IMG/VR virus record: IMGVR_UViG_3300044991_001466
Reading direction: 5' to 3' (one strand)
Source: a virus
Taxonomy: Duplodnaviria > Caudoviricetes
Length of the DNA stretch: 64,000 nucleotides
A program made the position numbers and the translations under genes. Of the stretch, positions 55,709-64,000 are shown one piece after another. Position 1 is the stretch's first letter. Every line of letters begins with the position of its first letter. The notes under the pieces were generated by a model that saw only the letters and a program-made list of their open reading frames with translations, was not told the origin of the DNA and searched no databases.

Positions 55709-57439
55709 ATCTTTACTAAAAGATTCTGAATATTCACCGTCTCCCATTACTTGGTCAATCACTCCTTTCTTTTTCTGTAATATATTATAGATAATTTTCT
55801 CAACCGTATTCTCAAAAACGGGATAATATACTAACACACTATTTTTTTGTCCATATCTATATGCTCGGTCTTCACCTTGAGCGTGGTCGGCGGGTACAAA
55901 AGATAAGTCATTCATAATAACAACTTCCGCAGCAGTTAAGGTAATCCCAACACCCGCAGCTTTAATATTACCAATAAAGACTTTTATTTTATCGTCTGTT
56001 TGAAATCTGTCAACGTTTTCTTGTCGTTTATCTTTATTCATACGACCATCAAGAGTTACTGATATTTTTTTATACTTGTCATGTAACATATCTAATGACA
56101 TTGTAAAATTGGTAAACACAATTACCTTTTTACCTTGTTCAACAAATTTGTCAATCAATTCACAAGTGTATGGTATTTTTTCATAAGCGATAAGTTGTCT
56201 AATTTTCATTAAACGATTTAACGTAACTGTAATTGTTTCGTCATTTTTCTTATCGGTACTAATACGTGTAAACTCTTCCAATTCCTCATCATACATTTTA
56301 CTACTCAATTCAACAAAAACAGGTGTAACAATTTTTTCAGGTAAATCAAGAATATCATTCTTCATTCTTCTTAATACAACGTGTTTTGTTCTTTCACGAA
56401 GTTCATCTAAATTACTTGCACCACTTGTGTTCCACACTTTACGATTACCAACTCTAAATTGATATCCTTTACAATAACGACGAACATAAGATTGCCAATT
56501 TAAAGTTAATGGAGAATCAACAATCTTCAATAAGTTAAAATAATTAATTGGTCTTGAGGTCATTGGTGTTCCTGTTAATAACCAAACTTTGGGTATGGTT
56601 TCAAGAACATCGTTTAATAATCGAGTTCTGTTTGCGGTTGCATTTGAAATGTAGTGAGCCTCATCTACGATTGCCAAGTCAAAATTGGCATTAACCAAAA
56701 GTTTATAATCGTCGCTATCCTCACTCTTGTCTGTGGTGTGGTAGTTCTTAATAATATCATAATTAATAATGTAGAAATCAAAAGTAGAACCCCATTTACG
56801 TCCTTCGACAATTAAAACTTTTCTATCTGAATAGTTTTTTATTTCCCTCTCCCAATTTATTTTTAAAGATGCGGGACAAACAATAAGTATCTTCCTTGCT
56901 TTACTTTCCATCGATGCAATAACTGCGGATGTTGTTTTACCTAAACCCATGTCATCAGCTAAAATAAATTTATCGTTTGCCAATAGTTTCTCAATGGCGA
57001 TTTTTTGATGTTCCATTGGTGGTCTAACGTCGTACTTACTATAATCTATAATTCGATTAAGTTTTTTCTCTTCTTGCATTACCGCAGCTTTTGGTAACCA
57101 CATTGCACTATTTTGTTCAGTTTCTAAAATTTTACCCCATATATGGAACGCCTTGTCAGATTCACACAATAGTTTCTCACACCAAATTTGTTCAGGTGCT
57201 GTCGGTAATAATCTTTCTTCTTGAATTTTCTCACCAAAAGTTGAAACAATTTTAATATATTTTCTTGCAACCTTTGGAGTTATCTGATGATATTTTTGTA
57301 CATACTCAGATTGAGGTCTTGTTAACTTAAAATTCTTAACTTCCACAAATTTTCTTTTCCAATCTAATAGTTGATTGTTAGAACCTTCATAGGTTAATAA
57401 TATATTTCTCGCCTCAATTTCGGGAATCTTAGTTTCCAT
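55688..57439 (-). CDS. SNF2-family helicase
   Basis: Start refined to METKIPE; ADDMGLGKT, IVDEAH, LTGTP, GVGITL, QGEDRAYRYGQ. Confidence 0.92.
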   Translation of the reverse strand: METKIPEIEARNILLTYEGSNNQLLDWKRKFVEVKNFKLTRPQSEYVQKYHQITPKVARKYIKIVSTFGEKIQEERLLPTAPEQIWCEKLLCESDKAFHIWGKILETEQNSAMWLPKAAVMQEEKKLNRIIDYSKYDVRPPMEHQKIAIEKLLANDKFILADDMGLGKTTSAVIASMESKARKILIVCPASLKINWEREIKNYSDRKVLIVEGRKWGSTFDFYIINYDIIKNYHTTDKSEDSDDYKLLVNANFDLAIVDEAHYISNATANRTRLLNDVLETIPKVWLLTGTPMTSRPINYFNLLKIVDSPLTLNWQSYVRRYCKGYQFRVGNRKVWNTSGASNLDELRERTKHVVLRRMKNDILDLPEKIVTPVFVELSSKMYDEELEEFTRISTDKKNDETITVTLNRLMKIRQLIAYEKIPYTCELIDKFVEQGKKVIVFTNFTMSLDMLHDKYKKISVTLDGRMNKDKRQENVDRFQTDDKIKVFIGNIKAAGVGITLTAAEVVIMNDLSFVPADHAQGEDRAYRYGQKNSVLVYYPVFENTVEKIIYNILQKKKGVIDQVMGDGEYSESFSKDLLKSLF

Positions 57440-57487
57440 ATTAAAATATACATAAATAGAATGTAACATTAAACTATTTATTAGAAT

Positions 57488-58000
57488 ATGAACAATAAAC
57501 TACCTATCACCAGAATGTCTAAATTCCTATCTCAGGATGACTTCGATTTGAATATTCAAATGGGTGAGGAGTATCTTCATGGGGATTTAAACATGAAATT
57601 GGTGTTGTATCGAGTGGACAGACAAAAGACTGAAAATGACGATGTATATGCTGAAGTGGGTACCGATGAGATAAAATATTTCCCACCAATAGAATTTAAT
57701 GGTTTAGTTAAAATAGAGGAACCAAAAAATAATGCTTATAAAACAGGTTTACTTAGATATTTGGAACCAGGAAATATGACATTATCTGTTTACATTAAAC
57801 ATTTAGAAGAATTAAAGATTGATATTAGATACGGTGATTATATTGGATATCCTGAATCCGAAACAAGAACAAGGTTTTATACCGTTACAAATGACGGAAA
57901 AGTAACGTCGGATAATAAACATAATATGTTTGGATATAAACCATATTATCGAACAATAACGTGTACACCAGTACAAGATTCATCATTTAGAGGAGTATAA
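57488..58000 (+). CDS. Head completion / neck protein (gp14-like)
   Basis: Late motif upstream; LYRVD..KT..DDVY.E; IRYGDYIGY; position before the tail terminator. Confidence 0.55.
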   Translation: MNNKLPITRMSKFLSQDDFDLNIQMGEEYLHGDLNMKLVLYRVDRQKTENDDVYAEVGTDEIKYFPPIEFNGLVKIEEPKNNAYKTGLLRYLEPGNMTLSVYIKHLEELKIDIRYGDYIGYPESETRTRFYTVTNDGKVTSDNKHNMFGYKPYYRTITCTPVQDSSFRGV

Positions 58001-58001
58001 C

Positions 58002-59234
58002 ATGGGAATACCGAAAAGAAAACTTAATGTAAACCTATATCCTGAAAAAATATTAGGGGAAAGAAGACAAGAATTGTTAGAAAAAATAACTAAATCTGAC
58101 ACATATCTTCCTGAAACTATATTACATGATGATATGGATATGGGATTTTTGGAATATGTAAATAAGAATTTTAAAGTAGTATCAAATAATATTCAAATAC
58201 CAATTATTAATAAAATATTAACCATTCAAAGATGGGGTGAATTTACACAAAATTGGAGTTTTAGTAATGAGGATGGAAATATGGAACTTCCGTTTGTTGC
58301 AATTATAAGAAAGCCAGACGTTCAATATGGTACCAATCCATCAGTACAAAGAACAATACCTGATAGATATCAATTTCATTATGCTACCGTACCTACTTGG
58401 AATGGAACAACTATGGGTGCCGATATCTATAAAATCCCACAACCAATTCCGGTTGATATTTCATATGAGGTTACTATTATTTGTAATCGTTTTAGGGATT
58501 TGAATAAGTTTAATAAAAAAGTATTACAAGGGTTTCCATCAAGACAAGATTACACAAGAGTAAAAGGTCATTACATTCCGATTGTTTTAGATGGTATTGA
58601 TGATACAAGTCCGATGGAAGCATTAGATGGGCGTAGATTTTATATGCAAAATTATAAATTTACAATGTTGGGGTTCTTAATAGATAGTGAGGAGTTTGAA
58701 GTTAGTCCCGCTGTTAGTAGACTATTTATTATGAGTGAATTTACAAATGAAAACGCAAATATGAGAAAATATCAAAATAAGTCTCTTAGTTTAACTAACG
58801 TTAACTTTACGGGAAATGGAACACAAACATTATATAGTGTGGGTGAAAGTATCGGTACGTTATTTGGTGTATCAGTTAATGGAGTTTTACAAGAAAAAGG
58901 TAATGATTTTTATCACATTACATATACCCATAAAATAACATTTGTTACACCTCCACCAGCAAATGCTTTAATATTAATAACTTATTATAAGGGTAGAAAC
59001 AACGTTATATTAGATACATACGGTAAGGTTATTCAAGTTGATAAACAAGTCTTCACATATGACGGGTCTTCAATTACGTTTACCTTATCAAATCCAATTA
59101 GTAGTGTCATTACATTAGATATTAACGGATTGGTTGAAGATGAGGGATCAAGTTATACTGTTGGTGAACAATCTGTTACTTTATTAGGAACCCCTGTTGT
59201 TGGTTCTGTTATTACCGTTTCTTACTTATATTAA
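58002..59234 (+). CDS. Tail terminator/completion protein (gp15-like) with C-terminal extension
   Basis: PVDISYEVTI..RFRDLNKF; C-terminal repeated VSVNGVLQ / LDINGLVE beta-modules. Confidence 0.55.
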   Translation: MGIPKRKLNVNLYPEKILGERRQELLEKITKSDTYLPETILHDDMDMGFLEYVNKNFKVVSNNIQIPIINKILTIQRWGEFTQNWSFSNEDGNMELPFVAIIRKPDVQYGTNPSVQRTIPDRYQFHYATVPTWNGTTMGADIYKIPQPIPVDISYEVTIICNRFRDLNKFNKKVLQGFPSRQDYTRVKGHYIPIVLDGIDDTSPMEALDGRRFYMQNYKFTMLGFLIDSEEFEVSPAVSRLFIMSEFTNENANMRKYQNKSLSLTNVNFTGNGTQTLYSVGESIGTLFGVSVNGVLQEKGNDFYHITYTHKITFVTPPPANALILITYYKGRNNVILDTYGKVIQVDKQVFTYDGSSITFTLSNPISSVITLDINGLVEDEGSSYTVGEQSVTLLGTPVVGSVITVSYLY

Positions 59235-59386
59235 GACTCCCCATATATGTCTTTTTTAGGTTTACATAGGTCTTCTATGAACTTTTCCAACAATTTATAA
59301 ATTTTTAATCCATTTTTTTCACAATGGGTTTTAAGTAGTTGGTGATGTTTTTCACTGATTTTGACGTTTTTTGTTTTGTTTTCCAT
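59231..59386 (-). CDS. Small ribbon-helix-helix-like DNA-binding protein (51 aa)
   Basis: Start refined to MENKTKNVKISEKHHQLLKTHCEKNGLKIYKLLEKFI (beta strand followed by two helices). Confidence 0.55.
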   Translation of the reverse strand: MENKTKNVKISEKHHQLLKTHCEKNGLKIYKLLEKFIEDLCKPKKDIYGES

Positions 59387-59502
59387 AATTAAAGATATAA
59401 AAAGATAAATAACTATCCTTTTATTAAAAGTATCGAAATCTTTGATAAAAACAAAGATATTTATTAGATAACTAATAAAAACATTTAACCAAAAACAAAT
59501 CG

Positions 59503-61989
59503 ATGGCAAATTCAAACAGAGTATTCGTTTCTCCAGGTGTATATACATCTGAGAAGGATCTAACATTCGTAGCGCAAAGCGTCGGAGTAACAACATTGGG
59601 TTTAGTGGGTGAAACCTTAAAGGGTCCCGCATTTGAACCTATTTTAATTGGAAACTTCGATGAATATAAAACATACTTCGGACCAACTTCACCTGAAAAA
59701 TATGGTGACGGTAACCCAAAATACGAATTAGGGTATGTTGCAAAATCATATTTACAAGAATCCAACCAATTATTCGTAACAAGAGTATTGGGATTAACAG
59801 GATATAAAGCAGGAAAAACATTCGGAATTAAAACTTTAGGTATTACGGGTAACACTTATGGAAACATTGTGGTTGCTGCGTTAAGATCAAGAGGACGTTA
59901 TTCAGGTGAAACTTTAATATATGAAGTTACAGGTAACACCTCATTTGAAATTGCTTCAGGTACAACTTTAGAATCAAATCCATTAGCCGAATTTACAATT
60001 AATGTAACGGGTGTAACTGGAGGTGCAAAATCATTCACTTGTAGTTTAGATACAACATCTCCAAAATTTATAACTAAAGTATTAGGAACTGCACCGTTTG
60101 ATAAGGCTTATGGTGATGTACCACTTTACGTACATGAAGTTTATCCAAATTTAAATTTAAACCTTTACCGCAAGGGTTCAATTAGTGGACTAAGTTTAAC
60201 TGAGGTATATAACGCTGAAGGTAATAATTTTGCTGACGGGTATAGTGCAGATGATTTATCTAAATTAGCTGCTATTTCACCAACTGTAGTTTCAGAAGTA
60301 AGAGGTGGTAAAGTTGACGAATTATTTGATGTCATTACAATTTCAGACGGGGATACCGCAAATATTGAGGTTAAAATAACGATACAAAATATTAATTTAG
60401 ATACTGGAGAATTTGATTTATTAGTTCGTGATTTTAATGACTCTGATGAAAATATGGTTGCGTTAGAGAAGTTTACAAGATGTAGTATGAATCCAGATGT
60501 TGCAGGTTATATCGCAAGAAAAATTGGAACATCTGATGGTGAATATTCATTAAATTCAAAATATATCATGTTATCAATGAGTGATAATGCGCCTGTCGAT
60601 GCATTTCCAGCAGGATTTAAAGGATTTGCAGGAGCAACAATCTCAGGGGCTACGTTAGGTAGTGTTTTATATAAAACTGAATTTTTTGATGCTGGAGATA
60701 CAATATATACAGGAGCCACTCTTTCAGGTTATACAGGATTAACAAGTAGTGGTGACAAATATAGAAAAACGTCATTAGGTTTATCTTCTGATGGTTATTA
60801 TAATTTTGATAGTGATTTATTTAAATATAAAGGTACGGGTTCTACTATGAATTATACCAATGGATTCCATTTGTCAACAAACGCATCTTCAATCACAGGA
60901 ACAACATATCAATGTACTCCATATGATTTAGAGGGTCAAAGTGGTGGAGATGGAAATAAATTAACATCTATTAACTATCGTAAATTCACATTTGCTGCTT
61001 GTGGTGGTCATGATGGTTGGGATATCTATAGACAAACAAGAACAAACACAGACGCATATGTCTTTGGAAAAAATACATATACATCAGGTAATACAACTAA
61101 TGGAGGGTTATTTGGAACAGCATTTGGTACCGCTAACTCAGATTTATACTCTTATTTAAAGGGTATTGAAACATTTGCCAATCCTGAGGCTGTTAATATT
61201 AACGTATTTGCAACTCCAGGTATCAATTTCTTTGACCACTCATCTTTAGTTACACAAGCTATTGATATGGTTGAAAATGATAGAGCGGATTCAATCTATA
61301 TTATTGGTTCTCCTAATGAATCGGCTTCAGCAAATGTTATTTCAGATTTAGAAGAACAAGGAATTGATTCTAACTATTCTGCAACATATTGGCCTTGGAT
61401 TCAAGTAAGAGACACAGATAACGCAACTCAACTATATATCCCACCAACAGGTGAGGTTGTTAGAAACATTGCGTTGACAGATAACGTTTCTTATCCTTGG
61501 TTCGCGGTGGCAGGTTATTCAAGAGGTTTGGTAAATGCAATTAAAGCAACCAAAAAATTAACTCTTGATGAAAGAGATGAATTATACAAGAACAGAATTA
61601 ACCCAATCGCAACATTCTCTGATACAGGTACTATTATTTGGGGTAACAAAACGTTACAAGTTAGAGAATCTGCTTTAGATAGAATTAACGTAAGAAGATT
61701 ACTATTGAGAGCAAGAAAGTTAATATCAGCTGTAGCTGTTAGATTGTTGTTTGAACAAAACGACGACCAAGTAAGACAAGAATTCTTAAGATTGGTAAAT
61801 CCAATTTTGGAAGCAATTAAGAAAGAGAGAGGTCTTTATGATTTCCGTGTAAGTGTATCAAATTCTCCTGAAGATATTGATGCTAACACATTGAGAGGTA
61901 AGATTTACATCAAACCAACTCGTTCTCTTGAATTTATTGATTTGGAATTCATTATTACTCCAACAGGAGCTTCATTTGAAAATATCTAA
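59503..61989 (+). CDS. Tail sheath protein (T4 gp18-like)
   Basis: SPGVYTSEKD, GETLKGPAFEP, YSATYWPW, PWFAVAGYSRG, LDRINVRRLL, PTRSLEFI. Confidence 0.95.
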   Translation: MANSNRVFVSPGVYTSEKDLTFVAQSVGVTTLGLVGETLKGPAFEPILIGNFDEYKTYFGPTSPEKYGDGNPKYELGYVAKSYLQESNQLFVTRVLGLTGYKAGKTFGIKTLGITGNTYGNIVVAALRSRGRYSGETLIYEVTGNTSFEIASGTTLESNPLAEFTINVTGVTGGAKSFTCSLDTTSPKFITKVLGTAPFDKAYGDVPLYVHEVYPNLNLNLYRKGSISGLSLTEVYNAEGNNFADGYSADDLSKLAAISPTVVSEVRGGKVDELFDVITISDGDTANIEVKITIQNINLDTGEFDLLVRDFNDSDENMVALEKFTRCSMNPDVAGYIARKIGTSDGEYSLNSKYIMLSMSDNAPVDAFPAGFKGFAGATISGATLGSVLYKTEFFDAGDTIYTGATLSGYTGLTSSGDKYRKTSLGLSSDGYYNFDSDLFKYKGTGSTMNYTNGFHLSTNASSITGTTYQCTPYDLEGQSGGDGNKLTSINYRKFTFAACGGHDGWDIYRQTRTNTDAYVFGKNTYTSGNTTNGGLFGTAFGTANSDLYSYLKGIETFANPEAVNINVFATPGINFFDHSSLVTQAIDMVENDRADSIYIIGSPNESASANVISDLEEQGIDSNYSATYWPWIQVRDTDNATQLYIPPTGEVVRNIALTDNVSYPWFAVAGYSRGLVNAIKATKKLTLDERDELYKNRINPIATFSDTGTIIWGNKTLQVRESALDRINVRRLLLRARKLISAVAVRLLFEQNDDQVRQEFLRLVNPILEAIKKERGLYDFRVSVSNSPEDIDANTLRGKIYIKPTRSLEFIDLEFIITPTGASFENI

Positions 61990-62009
61990 TCTAAAAGGAG
62001 ATATAAATA

Positions 62010-62036
62010 AGAAGGGGGTCGAAAGACCTCCTTTTT
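62010..62036 (+). terminator. Rho-independent terminator after sheath
   Basis: aagggggtc-gaaa-gacctcc followed by a T6 run. Confidence 0.8.
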
Positions 62037-62047
62037 TGTTTGTGGAA

Positions 62048-62063
62048 TGCTCCACGTGGAACG
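62048..62063. other. parS-like palindromic site
   Basis: TGCTCCACGTGGAACG matches TGTTCCACGTGGAACA at 14 of 16 positions; core TCCACGTGGA is a perfect palindrome. Confidence 0.45.
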
Positions 62064-62095
62064 TTTTACGAGAAAAATAAATGTATACTCGGCCC

Positions 62096-62132
62096 AGTAT
62101 ATACTAGTATATACTAGTATATTCTAGAACTA
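62096..62132. repeat. 20-bp perfect palindrome / 10-bp tandem repeat cluster
   Basis: AGTATATACTAGTATATACT (62096-62115), followed by degenerate copies with CTAG cores. Confidence 0.8.
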
Positions 62133-62325
62133 GTTATTTAAGTATTTATATTTAATAAAGAGATATAAGAGTTTATACTGGAACTAGATACTGGAGCCTG
62201 TAAAAAACTACGAAAAATAATTGACATTATCAAGTACTTTAATAAAAATAGTAAAAATAAATTATTTTCCAATATAGATATATTTATAAGAAGTATAAAA
62301 TAACAAAAAATTTAACAAATACAAA

Positions 62326-62814
62326 ATGGCAGATTTACTAATGAAAATGCCGGTTCCATATGAACCGAAAAGAACAAACCGATTTATCTTAAGATTTCCA
62401 TCTTCATTGGGGATTAATGAATGGTACGTGTTCTCAACATCTAGACCAAAAGCAAAAATAAAATCAGTAGAGATACCATTCTTGAATACTTCAACATACG
62501 TGGCGGGTAGATTTGAGTGGGAGGAAATGTCTGTAACGTTTAAAGACCCAATTGGTCCTTCTGCATCACAAGCGTTAATGGAATGGTTCCGTTTACATGC
62601 TGAATCAGTTACAGGTCGTATGGGTTATGCTGCTGGTTATAAAAAAGACATTGAACTTGAGATGTTAGACCCAACAGGTGTTGTGGTTGAAAAATGGATT
62701 TTACAAGGTACTTTCTTAACAGGATTGAACTTTGGAGATTTGGACTACTCAAGAGACGATATTGCAACTATTCAAGCTTCTTTAAGAATGGATAGATGTA
62801 TTCAAGTTTATTAA
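62326..62814 (+). CDS. Tail tube protein (T4 gp19-like)
   Basis: EPKRTNRF, SRPK, AGRFEWE, WFRLHAE..TGR.GY..YKKD, EKWIL.G.F; follows sheath; late motif at 62281. Confidence 0.88.
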   Translation: MADLLMKMPVPYEPKRTNRFILRFPSSLGINEWYVFSTSRPKAKIKSVEIPFLNTSTYVAGRFEWEEMSVTFKDPIGPSASQALMEWFRLHAESVTGRMGYAAGYKKDIELEMLDPTGVVVEKWILQGTFLTGLNFGDLDYSRDDIATIQASLRMDRCIQVY

Positions 62815-62840
62815 TATTACATTTTTTTCATACATAAGAC

Positions 62841-62873
62841 CGATAACTCAGAAATGGGATATCGGTTTTTTTA
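62841..62873 (+). terminator. Rho-independent terminator after tube
   Basis: accgata-actcagaaatggga-tatcggt followed by a T run. Confidence 0.7.
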
Positions 62874-62917
62874 TTTATAAACTTTACTTTCTCGTAGTTA
62901 TAGTATAAACTTATACT

Positions 62918-63667
62918 ATGGAAGAATATAAAATTGACCCAACAATCGCATATGACGTTGTAGAATTACCTAGTCGAGGAATTTACTACGCCAACAACAA
63001 GAAATCACTCAAAATTTCTTATTTAACCGCTGCGGATGAAAACATATTGGCAGCACCAAATTTAATACAGACAAATCAAATTGTTACAGAACTTTTAAAA
63101 AGAAAAGTTTTAGACAAAGATATGAATGTAGATGATTTAATTGAAGAGGATAAACAAGCGATTTTAATATTTTTACGAAACACAGCATTTGGCACGGAAT
63201 ATAAGTTGACATTAACTGACCCAAAAACGGATAAGACATTTGACATTGAGGTTGATTTAAGTTCATTGGATTTTAAACCATTTGATTTGGTTCCTGATGC
63301 AAATGGGGAATATTCATATTTTATGGAAAAAAGTAAAATTGATGTTACATTTAAATTTTTAACACAAAAACAAGAATTAGAAATAAAAGAAATTCAAAAG
63401 AGTTGGAATGGTAACGGGGTTGCACCAATTATCACAAAACAACTTGAATTTATGATTAAATCAATTAAGGGTAACAGAGATATTATGAATATCAGAAACC
63501 TAATTGAAAATTTACCAATAAGAGATTCCCAAAGTTTCAGGAAATTTATCAACGATAAAAAACCTGGAATCAATTTAAACAAAAAAACAACGACCCCTTC
63601 AGGAGAAGAAATCCAATTTGAAATTGGGTTTGGGGTAGAGTTTTTTCGCCCTTTCTACGGATTATAA
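62918..63667 (+). CDS. Baseplate hub / tail assembly chaperone (T4 gp26-like)
   Basis: VELPSRG..Y, YLTAADENIL, ILIFLRNTAFG.EY, ends GVEFFRP; follows the tube gene. Confidence 0.75.
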   Translation: MEEYKIDPTIAYDVVELPSRGIYYANNKKSLKISYLTAADENILAAPNLIQTNQIVTELLKRKVLDKDMNVDDLIEEDKQAILIFLRNTAFGTEYKLTLTDPKTDKTFDIEVDLSSLDFKPFDLVPDANGEYSYFMEKSKIDVTFKFLTQKQELEIKEIQKSWNGNGVAPIITKQLEFMIKSIKGNRDIMNIRNLIENLPIRDSQSFRKFINDKKPGINLNKKTTTPSGEEIQFEIGFGVEFFRPFYGL

Positions 63668-63797
63668 GCGAAATCAATTAACGGAGATACTATTTTTAGT
63701 GAAAAGAGGGTTTTCATATGGGGATATTATGTCAATGCCAGTCTATGTTAGAAAATATTTTATTTCATTCATGATGGAATTAGAAAACTCTAACTAA
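63645..63797 (+). CDS. Probable +1-frameshift extension of the tail chaperone (50 aa, no upstream ATG)
   Basis: The +1 frame is open from 63639 to TAA 63795-63797 (FALSTDYKRNQLTEILFLVKRGFSYGDIMSMPVYVRKYF...) and is entered at TTT_TTT_CGC. Confidence 0.55.
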   Translation, partial: FALSTDYKRNQLTEILFLVKRGFSYGDIMSMPVYVRKYFISFMMELENSN

Positions 63798-63810
63798 TCT
63801 ATTTATATGT

Positions 63811-64000
63811 ATGGCAACAATTAATTGGGAAGAGGCGGGTAAAACATCAAAATCATTAAGACATGATGATAAACAATCCCGAGAATATGCAAAAAAGTTA
63901 AATAATGGTAACGATTTAACAATGGCAGAAACCGCGTCGTTTGCTAAGGGATATGTTGGTACCGGTAAAGAGACGTCACAAGTGTCTACTAACGTATTTA
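63811..64000 (+). CDS. Start of probable tape measure protein (3' truncated)
   Basis: ATG 3 nt after TATTTATA (63800-63807); open to the window end; canonical position after the chaperone genes. Confidence 0.5.
   Translation, partial: MATINWEEAGKTSKSLRHDDKQSREYAKKLNNGNDLTMAETASFAKGYVGTGKETSQVSTNVF

Noticed and set aside
37-63582. Many 60-165 aa ORFs on the opposite strand or in alternate frames of long genes (e.g. 37..372, 8784..9095, 9188..9505, 26730..27227, 49154..49387, 59472..59855)
   Set aside because: They are shadows of well-supported genes, often mirroring low-complexity codons; they have no motifs or promoter signals.
1-64000. Stop-codon reassignment, as seen in some large phages
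   Set aside because: Core genes are full-length in code 11 and coding density is high; polB ends at TAG and several genes end at TGA.

Overview
This 64 kb window is part of a large, AT-rich, T4-like (myovirus-type) jumbo phage genome in the standard genetic code. The host is most likely Bacteroidota: the bS21 is Bacteroidota-type, a TAnnTTTG-like promoter and a DUF4494-like gene are present, and start regions are A-rich without SD sequences. The core virion and replication genes are recognisable: terminase large subunit, portal, prohead protease, scaffold, major capsid, gp5-like spike, late sigma factor, family B DNA polymerase, neck, SNF2 helicase, tail terminator, sheath, tube, tail chaperone/hub and the start of a probable tape measure. 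Auxiliary genes include bS21, Rnl1/Pnk RNA repair, an N-domain-less ClpC-type ATPase, two KTSC proteins, a nucleotidyltransferase, dCMP deaminase, dUTPase, PhoH, a flavodoxin-fold reductase, three glycosyltransferases and a WYL-like protein. The most unusual region is the first 10 kb, a co-oriented island of about 14 exported or membrane proteins: cohesin plus dockerin paralogues (one with an EPN/WND C-type lectin), two T9SS-CTD-like lipoproteins, three probable beta-barrels, a CsgG-family protein, FeoA and PspC. Sub-gene signals include a TATTTAT(A/T) late motif that is the reverse complement of the T4 late promoter and often lies 3-5 nt from the start codon, a UUU_CGC +1 frameshift candidate in the tail chaperone, a parS-like site beside a 20-bp palindrome, a stand-alone structured RNA or 18-aa peptide unit, and recurrent LxE/RIKxLM motifs suggesting protease-processed packaged proteins. 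All assignments are from motif recognition by eye; no searches were run.
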